A DNA stretch of 38,879 nt from Nitrospirota bacterium (GTDB lineage: Bacteria; Nitrospirota; Thermodesulfovibrionia; UBA6902). The notes under the pieces are model-generated. The model saw only the letters and a list, made by a program, of their open reading frames with translations. It searched no databases and was not told the DNA's origin. The position numbers were made by a program, and so were the translations under genes. Below are positions 17,829 through 28,150 of this stretch, in pieces; within the stretch, counting starts at the first letter, position 1, and each line of letters starts with the position of its first letter. The DNA is taken from the NCBI GenBank assembly GCA_016222905.1, contig JACRPZ010000058.1, positions 1 through 38,879 of the forward strand, given 5' to 3'.

Positions 17829-20505
17829 TTTGCCCGCAGCATCTCTTGTATTTTTTGCCGCTCCCGCATATGCAAGGGTCATTTCTGCCCACCCTCACGC
17901 TCTTTACTACGGTCTGCGGTTTAGTCACTGCCATGCCTGCTTCTCCTCCCCTGCCGTACTGCATCTTTACAGGTTTAAAGGCAAGCCTCCGCTCTATTTC
18001 ATCTTCTCTTGCAATCTGTATCTTGAAGAGCCTTCCAACCACCTCTGATGCTACCCTCTCACCCATCTCTGTAAAGGCGTCAAAGGCCTCCTTTTTATAC
18101 TCAACCAGAGGGTCTCTCTGTCCGTATCCCCGGAGACCTATCCCTTCTTTGAGGTGATCCATGCTCAAGAGGTGGTCCTTCCACTGAGAGTCAACAACCT
18201 GAAGAAGTATCATCTTCTCAAGATATCTTAATGCCTGCTCACCGATCTCCTGCTCTTTATTATTATACGCCTCTTCTATTTTTCCAAGAAGATTCTGATG
18301 AAGCTCTTCAATGCCTGTTTCTGTCACGCTGTAAATGGTATTGAACTGTCCGTAAAGCGCGTCTCCAAGACCTTTCATATCCCATTCTTCAGGATGTTTC
18401 TCCTCCGGGCAGTAAATAAAGACTATGCTGTCAAGAACATCCTCAGCCAGTTCCATAACACGGCTGCGCAGATTTTCTCCAGTGAGTATCTTCTTCCTGA
18501 AAGAGTAGATCTCCGTTCTCTGTTTATTCATTACATCATCATATTCAAGCAAATGTTTTCGAATATCGAAATTGTGCCCCTCCACCTTCTTCTGAGAATT
18601 TTCTATGGCCTTGGATATCCATTTATGCTCTATGGGCTGAGACTCATCCATCCCGAGTTTATCCATAAGACCTGAGATCCTGTCAGAACCGAAGATCCTC
18701 ATGAGATCATCTTCAAGTGAGAGGTAAAACCGCGACGATCCGGGATCCCCCTGGCGGCCGGAGCGTCCCCTTAGCTGATTATCTATTCGCCTTGCCTCAT
18801 GCCTTTCCGTGCCGAGAATATGAAGTCCGCCGGCCGCAATAACTTTTTCGCGGTCCTCTCTGCAGATCCTCTCTGCCTCTTCAAGCGCCTTTCTGTACTC
18901 CTCCTCGGAATAATCCTTCCTATCCCCCAGCATATCCTTTGCGGTTGCTTCAGGGTTACCGCCCAGCACTATATCCGTTCCGCGGCCTGCCATGTTGGTG
19001 GCTATCGTTACAGAGCCGCTCCTGCCTGCCTGCGCAACTATTTCAGCCTCTTTTTCATGATATTTTGCATTAAGAACAGTATGAGGCACCTTCCTCTTCT
19101 TTAACATGGAGTCAATCAGTTCCGACTTCTCAATCGAGATAGTACCCACCAGAACAGGCTGCCCGCGCTTATGGCAGTCTTCGATTTCATTTACAACGGC
19201 ATTGAGTTTGCCGTTTACGTTCTTGTAAACAACATCAGGGAAATCAGGCCTTATCAAAGGCTTGTTTGTAGGGATAACAAGCACATCAAGGTTATATATC
19301 TTTATAAACTCCGCTGCCTCTGTGTCGGCAGTGCCTGTCATGCCTGCCAGCTTATTGTACATTCTGAAGTAATTCTGGAATGTGATAGTGGCGAGCGTCT
19401 GGTTCTCGCTGGCGATCTTAACCCCTTCTTTTGCCTCTATCGCCTGATGCAGTCCATCAGACCAGCGCCTGCCCGGCATAAGACGGCCGGTGAATTCATC
19501 AACAATGATAACCTCATTGTCCTTGACGATATAGTCTACATCATGCTTAAAGAGTGAGTGAGCCCTTAACCCCTGGTTTACATGATGCACAAGCTCTATA
19601 TTGGCAGGGTCATAAAGGTTTACTATTCCAAGAAGCTTCTCAACCTTAATATTGCCCTCGTCAGTGAGCATTACGCTCTTTGCCTTTTCATCTATTGTGT
19701 AATCAGTCTCTATTTTAAGCTTAGGTATTATCTTGTCTATCTGATAGTACTTGTCTGTGGACTCTTCAGAGGGCCCTGAGATTATGAGAGGGGTTCTCGC
19801 CTCATCAATCAGGATGCTGTCCACTTCATCAACTATCGCAAAGTTCAGTTCCCTCTGCACATAGTCGTCAATGTGATACTTCATGTTGTCCCTTAAGTAA
19901 TCAAAGCCGAACTCATTATTTGTGCCGAAGGTAATATCAGCATGATAGGCATTCCTCCTGTCAACAGGCCTCAAATTATGAAGCCTGATCTCATCCGCGT
20001 GATATGAAGGGTCATAAATAAAAGAGGCGTCATTCTGAATAACACCGACAGAGAGTCCAAAAAAATCATATATAGGGCCCATCCACTTGGCATCCCTCTT
20101 TGCAAGGTAGTCGTTGACGGTGACAATATGCACTCCCCTGCCGTCAAGGGCGTTTAAATATACCGGAAGCGTGGCGGAAAGGGTCTTGCCCTCTCCTGTC
20201 TTCATCTCAGCTATCTTTCCACTGTGGAGGACCATGCCGCCGATAAGCTGGACATCAAAATGGCGCATTTTAAGGACCCTGCGCGAGACCTCTCTGACAA
20301 CAGCGAAGGCCTCGGCCAGAATATCATTGAGTGTCTCCCCTGCCTCAATCCTTTTACGGAATTCATCCGTCTTGGCTCTAAGGGCGGAATCATCAAGAGA
20401 CTTGAGAGAGGGTTCGAGCGCATTTATCTCTGCCACTCTCTCACTGAGCTTCTTGACCTCACGCTCGTTTTTTGTTCCTAATATTTTGGATAAAATACCT
20501 AACAT
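17821..20505 (-). CDS. secA: Preprotein translocase ATPase SecA, 894 aa
   Basis: The canonical N-terminus is [24 protein letters not shown]-motor motifs are present. The C-terminal zinc-binding tail is [14 protein letters not shown]. Confidence 0.95.
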   Translation of the reverse strand: MLGILSKILGTKNEREVKKLSERVAEINALEPSLKSLDDSALRAKTDEFRKRIEAGETLNDILAEAFAVVREVSRRVLKMRHFDVQLIGGMVLHSGKIAEMKTGEGKTLSATLPVYLNALDGRGVHIVTVNDYLAKRDAKWMGPIYDFFGLSVGVIQNDASFIYDPSYHADEIRLHNLRPVDRRNAYHADITFGTNNEFGFDYLRDNMKYHIDDYVQRELNFAIVDEVDSILIDEARTPLIISGPSEESTDKYYQIDKIIPKLKIETDYTIDEKAKSVMLTDEGNIKVEKLLGIVNLYDPANIELVHHVNQGLRAHSLFKHDVDYIVKDNEVIIVDEFTGRLMPGRRWSDGLHQAIEAKEGVKIASENQTLATITFQNYFRMYNKLAGMTGTADTEAAEFIKIYNLDVLVIPTNKPLIRPDFPDVVYKNVNGKLNAVVNEIEDCHKRGQPVLVGTISIEKSELIDSMLKKRKVPHTVLNAKYHEKEAEIVAQAGRSGSVTIATNMAGRGTDIVLGGNPEATAKDMLGDRKDYSEEEYRKALEEAERICREDREKVIAAGGLHILGTERHEARRIDNQLRGRSGRQGDPGSSRFYLSLEDDLMRIFGSDRISGLMDKLGMDESQPIEHKWISKAIENSQKKVEGHNFDIRKHLLEYDDVMNKQRTEIYSFRKKILTGENLRSRVMELAEDVLDSIVFIYCPEEKHPEEWDMKGLGDALYGQFNTIYSVTETGIEELHQNLLGKIEEAYNNKEQEIGEQALRYLEKMILLQVVDSQWKDHLLSMDHLKEGIGLRGYGQRDPLVEYKKEAFDAFTEMGERVASEVVGRLFKIQIAREDEIERRLAFKPVKMQYGRGGEAGMAVTKPQTVVKSVRVGRNDPCICGSGKKYKRCCGQNE

Positions 20506-20684
20506 ATTTTGTTATTATAACAAAATGAATAACTTTATAGAGTTTTCTTCTCTTCAGTAATTGTTGCCTATTTTATTGCAAATATCTGTAACAAGAACGC
20601 TTGCAATAGATGCCGGACTCAATATAGAATATTAAGCATTATTTACAATCTGGGTTATAAACTATGTTCTTCGAATAGAAGCGT

Positions 20685-20728
20685 CATTCCCGTGCTTAAG
20701 GCACTTACTGTTGGTGAAAACGGGAATC
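20685..20728. repeat. Split GGGAAT-stem inverted repeat (cattcccgt ... acgggaatc) followed by a T-run; a second hairpin atacccgcttttgcgggtat lies at 20759-20778
   Basis: Read directly from the sequence. It is the same arm sequence as the hairpins at 119-208 and 33281-33300. Confidence 0.45.
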
Positions 20729-20825
20729 CAGTTTTTTATCCTGACACATCGGGACTGGATACCCGCTTTTGCGGGTATGACAAACAAATTGAGTTAATAA
20801 GCAGATTCTATTTAAACAAATATAT

Positions 20826-20900
20826 GCGGGCGTAACTCAGTGGTAGAGTGTTAGCTTCCCAAGCTGAAAGTCGCGGGTTCGAATCCCGTCGCCCGCTCCA
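20826..20900 (+). tRNA. tRNA-Gly (anticodon CCC), CCA encoded
   Basis: The sequence is GCGGGCGUAACUCAGUGGUAGAGUGUUAGCUUCCCAAGCUGAAAGUCGCGGGUUCGAAUCCCGUCGCCCGCUCCA. The anticodon loop is UUCCCAA. It closely resembles E. coli tRNA-Gly. Confidence 0.9.
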
Positions 20901-20928
20901 ATAAACTAAGATTCTCGCCCTCATTTTT

Positions 20929-21456
20929 ATGCCAAAAGGCCTTATACATGTTTACACAGGAGAAGGGAAGGGCAAGACCACAGCAGCGTTCGGTCTTGCG
21001 ATGCGGGCGACAGGCCATAACAAGAAAGTCCTTATCCTCCAGTTTCTTAAAGGCGGCTCTCAAAACTCCGGAGAGGCTGTCGCAGTTAAAAAATTCGGCA
21101 TAAAAATAATAACATTCAAAGATCAGATCTCCCCGCTCTTTAATCCAAAGGCGGATCTCACAGAACTCAAGCGCTCAGTCAAAGAATCCCTGAAATTCAC
21201 TGTAGAGGAAGTAAAAAGCGGCAGCTACAACATAATCATCCTGGATGAGTTCAACAACCTCCTCAGCAGCAGACTTGCGACAATGAAAGACGCGAAAAAG
21301 ATCATTGAATCAAAACCCGATAATGTAGAGCTTGTATTTACCGGAAGAAACGCACCGGATGAATTGGTTGATATTGCAGATTATGTCACCGAGACACGCA
21401 TGATAAAGCATCCGTTTAATAAGGGGCGAAAGGCGCGAAAGGGGATAGAGTTCTGA
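20929..21456 (+). CDS. cobO: Cob(I)yrinic acid a,c-diamide / corrinoid adenosyltransferase (CobO/BtuR family), 175 aa
   Basis: The N-terminus GLIHVYTGEGKGKTTAAFGLAMRATGHNKKVLILQFLKG (P-loop) and its size are typical of CobA/CobO. Confidence 0.75.
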   Translation: MPKGLIHVYTGEGKGKTTAAFGLAMRATGHNKKVLILQFLKGGSQNSGEAVAVKKFGIKIITFKDQISPLFNPKADLTELKRSVKESLKFTVEEVKSGSYNIIILDEFNNLLSSRLATMKDAKKIIESKPDNVELVFTGRNAPDELVDIADYVTETRMIKHPFNKGRKARKGIEF

Positions 21457-21458
21457 AA

Positions 21459-22022
21459 CTACCGCATCACTTTCCGGACATGCAGTATCCTCTGAATTAC
21501 AGTTATATGGGTAAGGATAAGCATTAACCACATTACCTGCAGCACCCACCCGGTGAATGCCCCGAAGACCATTAATATTATCCTGTCAGGCCTCTCCATA
21601 AGCCCGGTATGGCAGTTCTTTCCAAGTCCTTCAGCCCGTGCTTTGGCATAGCTTATTATCAGCGCCCCTATCATTGTTCCAACAGACAGGAACAGGCCTA
21701 TTATTGGACCGTTTTTAGAGAAGTACCATGAAAAACCAAGCAGCAGAAACGCATCCGAATATCTGTCAAGCACTGAATCAAGAAATGCCCCAAAATCTGT
21801 AGCCCTGTTATTTACCCGCGCGATCACGCCGTCAAGCATATCAAAAAACCCGCCGATAAGGATAAGAATCCCGCCGGCAATTAGGTTTTGGGTGAGGGTC
21901 ACAGCAGCAAAAGTTGTAATAATAAACCCGGTAATCGTTATGTAGTTGGGGGAGATATTTATCTTCCTCGCGATTGAGGATAATGGAGTGTCAAAAATAT
22001 GACCTAACTTCGCGCTTAGCAT
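21459..22022 (-). CDS. CDP-alcohol phosphatidyltransferase family protein, 187 aa
   Basis: The motif DMLDGVIARVNNRATDFGAFLDSVLDRYSD matches the D-G-x2-A-R...G-x3-D-x3-D signature. The protein is multi-TM. Confidence 0.75.
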   Translation of the reverse strand: MLSAKLGHIFDTPLSSIARKINISPNYITITGFIITTFAAVTLTQNLIAGGILILIGGFFDMLDGVIARVNNRATDFGAFLDSVLDRYSDAFLLLGFSWYFSKNGPIIGLFLSVGTMIGALIISYAKARAEGLGKNCHTGLMERPDRIILMVFGAFTGWVLQVMWLMLILTHITVIQRILHVRKVMR

Positions 22023-22167
22023 TTTTTTATATTTAAAAACACCCGATTTTTGTAAATTTCCAGAAATGGACTTGCATCACATTAACCTTTTCTCCTAAAA
22101 TGTCTATGGCTATGTTTTCTTACTTTATCACAGCAAACAAAAATTATGGGAGTTAAACTTATATAAA

Positions 22168-22656
22168 ATGAAGATTATTAAGAACACAGAAATAGGAAAG
22201 AAGATCGCACGTTTAAAAGCTGAGGGAAAGAAAATTGTCTTTACCAACGGCTGTTTCGACCTCCTCCATGTCGGACATGTCCGGTATCTCAGCAAAGCAA
22301 AGAAGCTTGGCGATATACTTGTAATAGGTCTGAATTCCGACAAATCTGTATCAAGAATAAAACCCGGCAGGCCGCTCACCCCTGAGAAGCAGAGGGCGGA
22401 AGTGCTTTCAGCTCTCTCGGCGGTTGATTATGTAACAATATTTAGTGAAGAGACCCCTCTCAAGCTCATCAAAAAAGTTAAGCCCGATATTCTTGTCAAA
22501 GGAGCTGACTGGGCAAAGGAAGATATTGTAGGAAATGATATTGTTAATGAAGTACGCACGATCCCTTTTGTAAAGGGGATATCCACAAGCAAAATAATTA
22601 AGAAGATATTATCTGCTCACAAGCAGAGCAATAAAGGCAGAAAGAAGCAAAATTAG
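22168..22656 (+). CDS. HIGH-motif cytidylyl/adenylyl-transferase (RfaE domain II / glycerol-3-phosphate cytidylyltransferase-like), 162 aa
   Basis: The segment KIVFTNGCFDLLHVGHVRYL has a CFD-LLH-GH pattern. The rest (SKAKKLGDILVIGLNSDKSVSRIKPGRPL...VDYVTIFSEETPLKLIKKVKPDILVKGADW) follows the same family pattern. Confidence 0.75.
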   Translation: MKIIKNTEIGKKIARLKAEGKKIVFTNGCFDLLHVGHVRYLSKAKKLGDILVIGLNSDKSVSRIKPGRPLTPEKQRAEVLSALSAVDYVTIFSEETPLKLIKKVKPDILVKGADWAKEDIVGNDIVNEVRTIPFVKGISTSKIIKKILSAHKQSNKGRKKQN

Positions 22657-22739
22657 TTGTCAGTTATATTTTTTTGCATGAAACGTCAATAATGCTAACA
22701 AAATAGACTTGACCCTACGCCTCTATGAGATTTTGCTGG

Positions 22740-23381
22740 TTAGCAGCCTTCGCGTTGAACAATGAAATCACCATTTGCGTGGCCGACTACGACTCGTGGA
22801 GTAGCACCGTTAACTTGCGCTTCAACAATCCATATGCCATTGAACTTTTGTGTGCGAATTACTGTGAAATGCAATTCAAGCAGCCCGCGCATCCGCCCAA
22901 GAACTTGCGGAAAATCTGCTACGAGGTTATGTATTCCCTTGCTGTTCCCCCACGGATTATCGGCATGGAGATATTTCCCAAGTCGATCATAGAAGGATAT
23001 GAATTGTTGTTTCGTTAAGTAACCGTTTGTTTTGCGTTCGAAATGCCAACTACCGTCAATCTTTCTTGTGGGCGTTTTTAAGGGAGTTGGATAGAAATCC
23101 TTATTGATCCTGCCGAGGTGCTGAAGTATTGCCCTGGCATTATAGTCCTTGCGATAGTCAGCAGACTTGTCAGCTTCAGCGCGGAACACCGCGTACTCTA
23201 TCTTATTTGGAGCAATTGCAGCAAATGCTATAGCCTCAAGTGATTTGCGAGCCTGAAGTACGGCAGCCTCAAATGAATAGATGTTATTGGTTGCTTGATA
23301 CTGTGCCAAGAAAGAATCGCATGCGCCAAGTCTGTGTATGGCCTCATTTACTTTGTTTAGGTAAATGGTTTGAATGTTCAT
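22740..23381 (-). CDS. Hypothetical cytoplasmic protein, 213 aa, no recognised domain
   Basis: A long ORF with no signal peptide. It lies 16 nt downstream of the 135-aa gene on the same strand. By eye the DNA looks more GC-rich than its neighbours. Confidence 0.5.
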   Translation of the reverse strand: MNIQTIYLNKVNEAIHRLGACDSFLAQYQATNNIYSFEAAVLQARKSLEAIAFAAIAPNKIEYAVFRAEADKSADYRKDYNARAILQHLGRINKDFYPTPLKTPTRKIDGSWHFERKTNGYLTKQQFISFYDRLGKYLHADNPWGNSKGIHNLVADFPQVLGRMRGLLELHFTVIRTQKFNGIWIVEAQVNGATPRVVVGHANGDFIVQREGC

Positions 23382-23397
23382 TAATGCTACCAGTAAA

Positions 23398-23805
23398 TCA
23401 TTTGCATTTGCCCTCTAAATTCCCAATAAACATTTTTGCACCATCGAGAATGTTGTAACCACTACGAGTTTGTGTATAAAAGACTTTACGATTTTCGATG
23501 TCAATGCCCCATGATTCAACTACTCCTTTATAACCACCACTTGAATATATCCCTACGATTAATTGTGGGGTAACTTCCTCAAAAATGATATTTTCACTGC
23601 CCGTTACCGCACTTTTGCTGCCATTAATGTTTATACGAATTTTTTGTCCTGTTATTCCATCTTCGTGGATATTAAAATTATCTACTACATTGCTCCCATA
23701 TCCTTTCAGTCCAGAAACAATCCAACACTCAGCAAATGCAGAGTTAGTCATTAATATAAATAGTAACGAAATAAAAAGAGTGCTTTCTCTAACATAGTGT
23801 TTCAT
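23398..23805 (-). CDS. Hypothetical secreted beta-rich protein, 135 aa, with Cys near both ends
   Basis: A gaggaggg RBS precedes it. The signal peptide is LFISLLFILMTNSAFAEC. The gene is markedly AT-rich. Confidence 0.5.
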   Translation of the reverse strand: MKHYVRESTLFISLLFILMTNSAFAECWIVSGLKGYGSNVVDNFNIHEDGITGQKIRININGSKSAVTGSENIIFEEVTPQLIVGIYSSGGYKGVVESWGIDIENRKVFYTQTRSGYNILDGAKMFIGNLEGKCK

Positions 23806-23873
23806 TTATCCCTCCTCAGTTATTATTTGAACGGTAGCATAACTTTAAAATCATAGTCAATGCAGAAATAGCC

Positions 23874-26800
23874 TTGGCGTATGCTTTTTCATTATTATAT
23901 ATCATGCCTTTAGACCTTTCGCTTTTTCATGATGCAATAAAAATACTTGAAGAAGAGCGAGTAACAAGTTTTAACGCCCTTTCCGGCTCATCGGGCGCAC
24001 TGCTCTTCTCGATGATATCCTCCCCATGCCTGCTCTTATGCCCTACGGAAGAGATGGCTTCTGAATTCTATGCGGACTCTCTCTTCTGGTCACGATCCCT
24101 TGAGACTCCGGGGCCTATTCTTGTCCGCCCAAAGGACCACCCTGAACGTTTAAAAAGCCTGTCGGATATTTATAACGCAGAAAAAACATCCTCCACTATT
24201 TCCGACGGCGCTTACAATCCAAATAGTACGAAGATAATATCATCAGTTGAAGCGGCAATGTCTCCGGTTTGGAAGACTGGGGAATTCACTGCTCTCAGAA
24301 TATCCAAAGGCGATCAAATTGAAAGAGATTCTCTTATCGCAGACCTTCAGCAGAAGGGATACTACATTGTTCCGGTTGTCTCAGGCAGAGGCGAGATGAG
24401 CATAAGAGGCGGGTTGTTAGATATATTTACGCCTGACAGCAGTTTTCCTGTAAGGATAGAGTTCTTCGGCGACCAGATAGAGTCTGTGAGGCTCTTCGAT
24501 ACCGACTCACAGCTCTCTCTCAAAGAAATCGAGAGCGCTCTCATCTGCCCCGCGGTTGAGCCGGATGAAGGTCTGAACCTCATTGAACTTCTTGATAAAA
24601 GCAGATTGATGCTGAATGAGCCTAATGATATTAAAAGACGATATCCTGATCTGATCCCTTCGCTTAAAGAGAGAAGGATTTTTAATCTCACCTCATTGCC
24701 CATAAAAGAAGAATGGTCTACTCTTGATATCAGCGGTATCAGCGGTTTCGGCCTCCTGCCTGAAGAGAGGAAGGATATAGGAGATTTTATCAAGAGAGTC
24801 AGTTTACTTAGAGGGCATTATTTCATTCTTATGGTCTGTTCATCAGAGGGGCAGACCCGGAGATTGAGAGAATTATTTTCAGAAGAAAGTATGGACGTGC
24901 CTATTCTTAATAAAACCGGTGCAATTAAATATGCTGCGAGCCCTGTTATAACAACAGGAGAATTGAGCAGAGGGTTTGCATTTAATAAGAGCATCATACT
25001 TACCGAACGAGATATCTTTGGGAAAAGGCCTGTTTTTAAACCGATAAAAAGATCCCGGGTGTCGCAACTCATCTCCTCAATTGAGGATTTCAAGGAAGGA
25101 GATTACCTTGTTCACTTAGAGCACGGCATAGGAAGATTCCTGGGGATCAAGAAGGAGACAATTGAAGGGCATGAAGGAGAGTTTCTGATCATCGAATATT
25201 TGGGTGGCGACAGACTCTATGTACCTCTTGACCGGATGGATTGTATACAGAATTACCATGCCCCTGATCATGTAAAGCCTTTGCTGGACAGGCTCGGCGG
25301 CAGAACATGGCAGAAGACAAAGAAGAGGGCAAAAGAGAAGATAAAGGACATGGCGGAGAAGCTGCTGAAGATTTATGCCCGGAGGTCAGAAGCGGAAGGC
25401 TATGCCTTTACTGAAGACAAAGAGATGCATTACGAGTTCGATGGTTTCTTCCCGTATGAGGAGACCCCTGACCAGCAGAGTTCCATAGAAGAGATAAAGA
25501 GGGATATGGAGAGTCTAATCCCAATGGACAGGATATTATGCGGAGACGTCGGTTATGGAAAGACGGAAGTAGCTATGAGGGCCTGCTTTAAGGCTGCTTA
25601 CGATTCAAAGCAGGCTGTTGTGCTTGTTCCCACAACTATTCTTGCGGAACAGCATTATGAAACTTTTACATCACGATTCTCAGCCTTTCCGGTAAAGATA
25701 GATTTTTTAAGCCGCTTCAAAAACATGGCTGAACAGAAGCAGACCCTGAAGGCGCTTTCAGAGGGCGAGACAGATATTATTATTGGAACTCAGAGGCTTC
25801 TTGGCAAAGATGTGAACTTTCATGACCTCGGGCTTCTGATCATTGATGAAGAGCATAAGTTCGGTGTGGCTCACAAGGAGAAGCTGAAGGCACTCAAAGC
25901 CGGTGTGGATATCCTTACACTTACGGCAACGCCTATACCACGAACGCTTCATATGGCGCTTTCAGGAATAAGGAACATAAGCGTTATAGAGACCCCGCCT
26001 GAAGAGAGACTCGCGGTTAAAAGTCTTATCGCAAAGTTTGATCCTGCGATAATCAAAGACGCTCTGCGAAAAGAGCTGGAAAGGGGCGGGCAGGCATTCT
26101 TTATACATAACCGTATTCATGACATTTATAACATTGCGAATTTTTTGAGGGAACTGATCCCTGAAGGAAAGATTGCCGTAGCGCATGGACAGATGAGAGG
26201 GATTGAGCTTGAGCGGGTCATGAGATCGTTTTACAAAAAAGAGAGCAACATCCTCGTCTCAACCGCAATAATAGGCTCCGGCCTCGACATACCCTCTGCC
26301 AACACGATAATGATCAACAGGGCAGACAGATTCGGACTTGCAGACCTTTATCAGCTTAGAGGACGGGTAGGCAGATCTAATGTGAAGGCATACGCCTGGT
26401 TTCTGATACCCGGAGAAGATGCGATAACCGAAGAAGCAAGAAAGAAGGTGCAGGCTGTCCAGGAACTCAGCTATCTTGGGGCCGGTTTCAGGCTCGCAAT
26501 GAAAGACCTTGAGATAAGGGGCGCGGGCAACATGTTAGGCGCGGAACAGTCCGGCCATGTAGAGGCTGTAGGATACGACCTGTATATTAAAATGCTTGAG
26601 GAGGCTGTGGCAGAGTTAAAAGGAGAAGATGTCCATTCAGAAATTGAGCCGGCGCTTGACCTGGGAGTAACAGCCATAATACCTGAACATTATATCAAAG
26701 ACCCTTCCCTGAGACTGAACATCTACAGAAAGATAGCAGCAGCAAGAGAGAGAGAGCAGCTCGGAAAACTTAACGATGAGTTAAAAGACAGGTTTGGAGC

Positions 26801-27086
26801 ACTGCCTCAAGAGACGCAGAGACTTATTGAAATAATGGAGCTTAAGACTATTGCTAAAAGACTTGCTGTCACTGCAATTAATAACAGAGACGGAAAGATA
26901 AAGATCCTCTTTGCGCCTGAAACGCCGGTTACTCCTGAAATGTTATTCTCCCTTTATAAAAAAGACGGTGACCCTGTTAAATTTCTGCCTGAAGGAGGGG
27001 TTGAGCTTAATCTGACAGGGAAAATGTGGGGAGAGATATTTAAGAAAGTCATTGGGGTCTTAAAATATTTGTCGGCAATGTTGTAA
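23874..27086 (+). CDS. mfd: Transcription-repair coupling factor Mfd, 1070 aa
   Basis: The RNAP-interacting/TRG region and the SF2 helicase motifs are present (GDVGYGKTEVAMRA, DEEHKFGV, TATPIPRT, QLRGRVGRS). Confidence 0.9.
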   Translation: MAYAFSLLYIMPLDLSLFHDAIKILEEERVTSFNALSGSSGALLFSMISSPCLLLCPTEEMASEFYADSLFWSRSLETPGPILVRPKDHPERLKSLSDIYNAEKTSSTISDGAYNPNSTKIISSVEAAMSPVWKTGEFTALRISKGDQIERDSLIADLQQKGYYIVPVVSGRGEMSIRGGLLDIFTPDSSFPVRIEFFGDQIESVRLFDTDSQLSLKEIESALICPAVEPDEGLNLIELLDKSRLMLNEPNDIKRRYPDLIPSLKERRIFNLTSLPIKEEWSTLDISGISGFGLLPEERKDIGDFIKRVSLLRGHYFILMVCSSEGQTRRLRELFSEESMDVPILNKTGAIKYAASPVITTGELSRGFAFNKSIILTERDIFGKRPVFKPIKRSRVSQLISSIEDFKEGDYLVHLEHGIGRFLGIKKETIEGHEGEFLIIEYLGGDRLYVPLDRMDCIQNYHAPDHVKPLLDRLGGRTWQKTKKRAKEKIKDMAEKLLKIYARRSEAEGYAFTEDKEMHYEFDGFFPYEETPDQQSSIEEIKRDMESLIPMDRILCGDVGYGKTEVAMRACFKAAYDSKQAVVLVPTTILAEQHYETFTSRFSAFPVKIDFLSRFKNMAEQKQTLKALSEGETDIIIGTQRLLGKDVNFHDLGLLIIDEEHKFGVAHKEKLKALKAGVDILTLTATPIPRTLHMALSGIRNISVIETPPEERLAVKSLIAKFDPAIIKDALRKELERGGQAFFIHNRIHDIYNIANFLRELIPEGKIAVAHGQMRGIELERVMRSFYKKESNILVSTAIIGSGLDIPSANTIMINRADRFGLADLYQLRGRVGRSNVKAYAWFLIPGEDAITEEARKKVQAVQELSYLGAGFRLAMKDLEIRGAGNMLGAEQSGHVEAVGYDLYIKMLEEAVAELKGEDVHSEIEPALDLGVTAIIPEHYIKDPSLRLNIYRKIAAAREREQLGKLNDELKDRFGALPQETQRLIEIMELKTIAKRLAVTAINNRDGKIKILFAPETPVTPEMLFSLYKKDGDPVKFLPEGGVELNLTGKMWGEIFKKVIGVLKYLSAML

Positions 27087-27146
27087 AAATCCAATTCATT
27101 ATGTTATAAAAAATATCTTAAAAACTTACTAACTGAAGGAGAATAG

Positions 27147-28019
27147 ATGAAGAAGATATTGAGTTTGATATTCGCGGGGTTATTCGTATTTGGGTGCGCG
27201 CAGCAGAAAGGCAGTTCAACCGGTTCGGTCATTGCAAAGGTTAATAATACATCAATAACAAAAGAGGAATTCCTTAAAGAGAGCCAGCTTGTGCCTGACT
27301 GGGCCAAGCAGAATTTCAGCACCAAGGACGGCAAAGAGCGTTTTCTTGAAGAGCTGATAAAGAAAGAACTTATTTATCAGGACGCTAAGAACAAGGGTCT
27401 TGACAAAGATAAGGAGATCCTTTCACAGGTTGAGGAATTCAAGAAGATGACTCTTTTATCTTTTGTTCTTAAGAAGGAAATTGAGGAGAAGGTTCAGGTA
27501 TCTGACGAGGAAGCAAAAAATTATTATGACAAGAATCAGGATAAATTCAAAAAAGGCGAGGAGATCAGTGCAAGCCACATTCTTGTTGATACGGAGAAAG
27601 AGGCAAAGGATATTCTCGCCAGACTTAAAAAGGGTGAAGCCTTTGCCAAATTGGCAATGGCTCTTTCAAAAGATAAAGGCTCGGCTGTTAAAGGCGGCGA
27701 CCTTGGATTCTTCACCCGTGGAAGAATGCTTCCTGAATTTGAAGAGGCTGCTTTCAGCCTCAAGCCTGGAGAGATCAGCGCTCCTCTAAAAACACAATTC
27801 GGATATCATATTATAAAAGTCACAGAGCGCAAAGAAGGCGCTATGGTCCCGTTTGAGGAAGCAAAGGAAACAGTCAAAAGACAACTGCTTTCAGAGAAAC
27901 AGAAGAGCGCTTTCGATGCCTACATAGATGCTTTAAAGAAGAAGAGCAAAATAACGACAGAGAGCAAAGCGCTTGAGACTGTCAAAATGCCTTGGGAAAA
28001 TACTGAACCTGCTAAATAA
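27147..28019 (+). CDS. PpiC-type peptidyl-prolyl cis-trans isomerase lipoprotein (PrsA/SurA-like foldase), 290 aa
   Basis: A lipobox LFVFGC is present. The parvulin domain reads SASHILV...[29 protein letters not shown]...FGYHIIKV. Confidence 0.8.
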   Translation: MKKILSLIFAGLFVFGCAQQKGSSTGSVIAKVNNTSITKEEFLKESQLVPDWAKQNFSTKDGKERFLEELIKKELIYQDAKNKGLDKDKEILSQVEEFKKMTLLSFVLKKEIEEKVQVSDEEAKNYYDKNQDKFKKGEEISASHILVDTEKEAKDILARLKKGEAFAKLAMALSKDKGSAVKGGDLGFFTRGRMLPEFEEAAFSLKPGEISAPLKTQFGYHIIKVTERKEGAMVPFEEAKETVKRQLLSEKQKSAFDAYIDALKKKSKITTESKALETVKMPWENTEPAK

Positions 28020-28043
28020 GACTGTCAATTCATAAATGGAAAA

Positions 28044-28073
28044 AAAGCCGGAGCATCATCTTGCTCCGGCTTT
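28044..28073. terminator. Rho-independent terminator hairpin (gccggagcatcatcttgctccggc) flanked by an A-run 5' and a T-run 3'. It looks bidirectional. This is copy 1 of an about 50-bp repeated element.
   Basis: It has a 9-bp GC-rich stem and 6-nt loop and lies directly downstream of the PpiC gene. It is near-identical to 31476-31505. Confidence 0.6.
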
Positions 28074-28150
28074 TAATTGCAAAAACTAACTTTTCAGGTT
28101 TCTTATCTATGTTTTTGGAACTCTCAAGACTCAACTTGAGCCAAGCAAGT

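Noticed and set aside
17110-20560. Numerous 60-150-aa plus-strand ORFs inside secA and the GGDEF gene
   Set aside because: They are antisense to long, well-supported genes. They have no RBSs and are low complexity.
20851-21063. 70-aa minus-strand ORF
   Set aside because: It overlaps tRNA-Gly and the 5' end of the corrinoid adenosyltransferase gene on the opposite strand.
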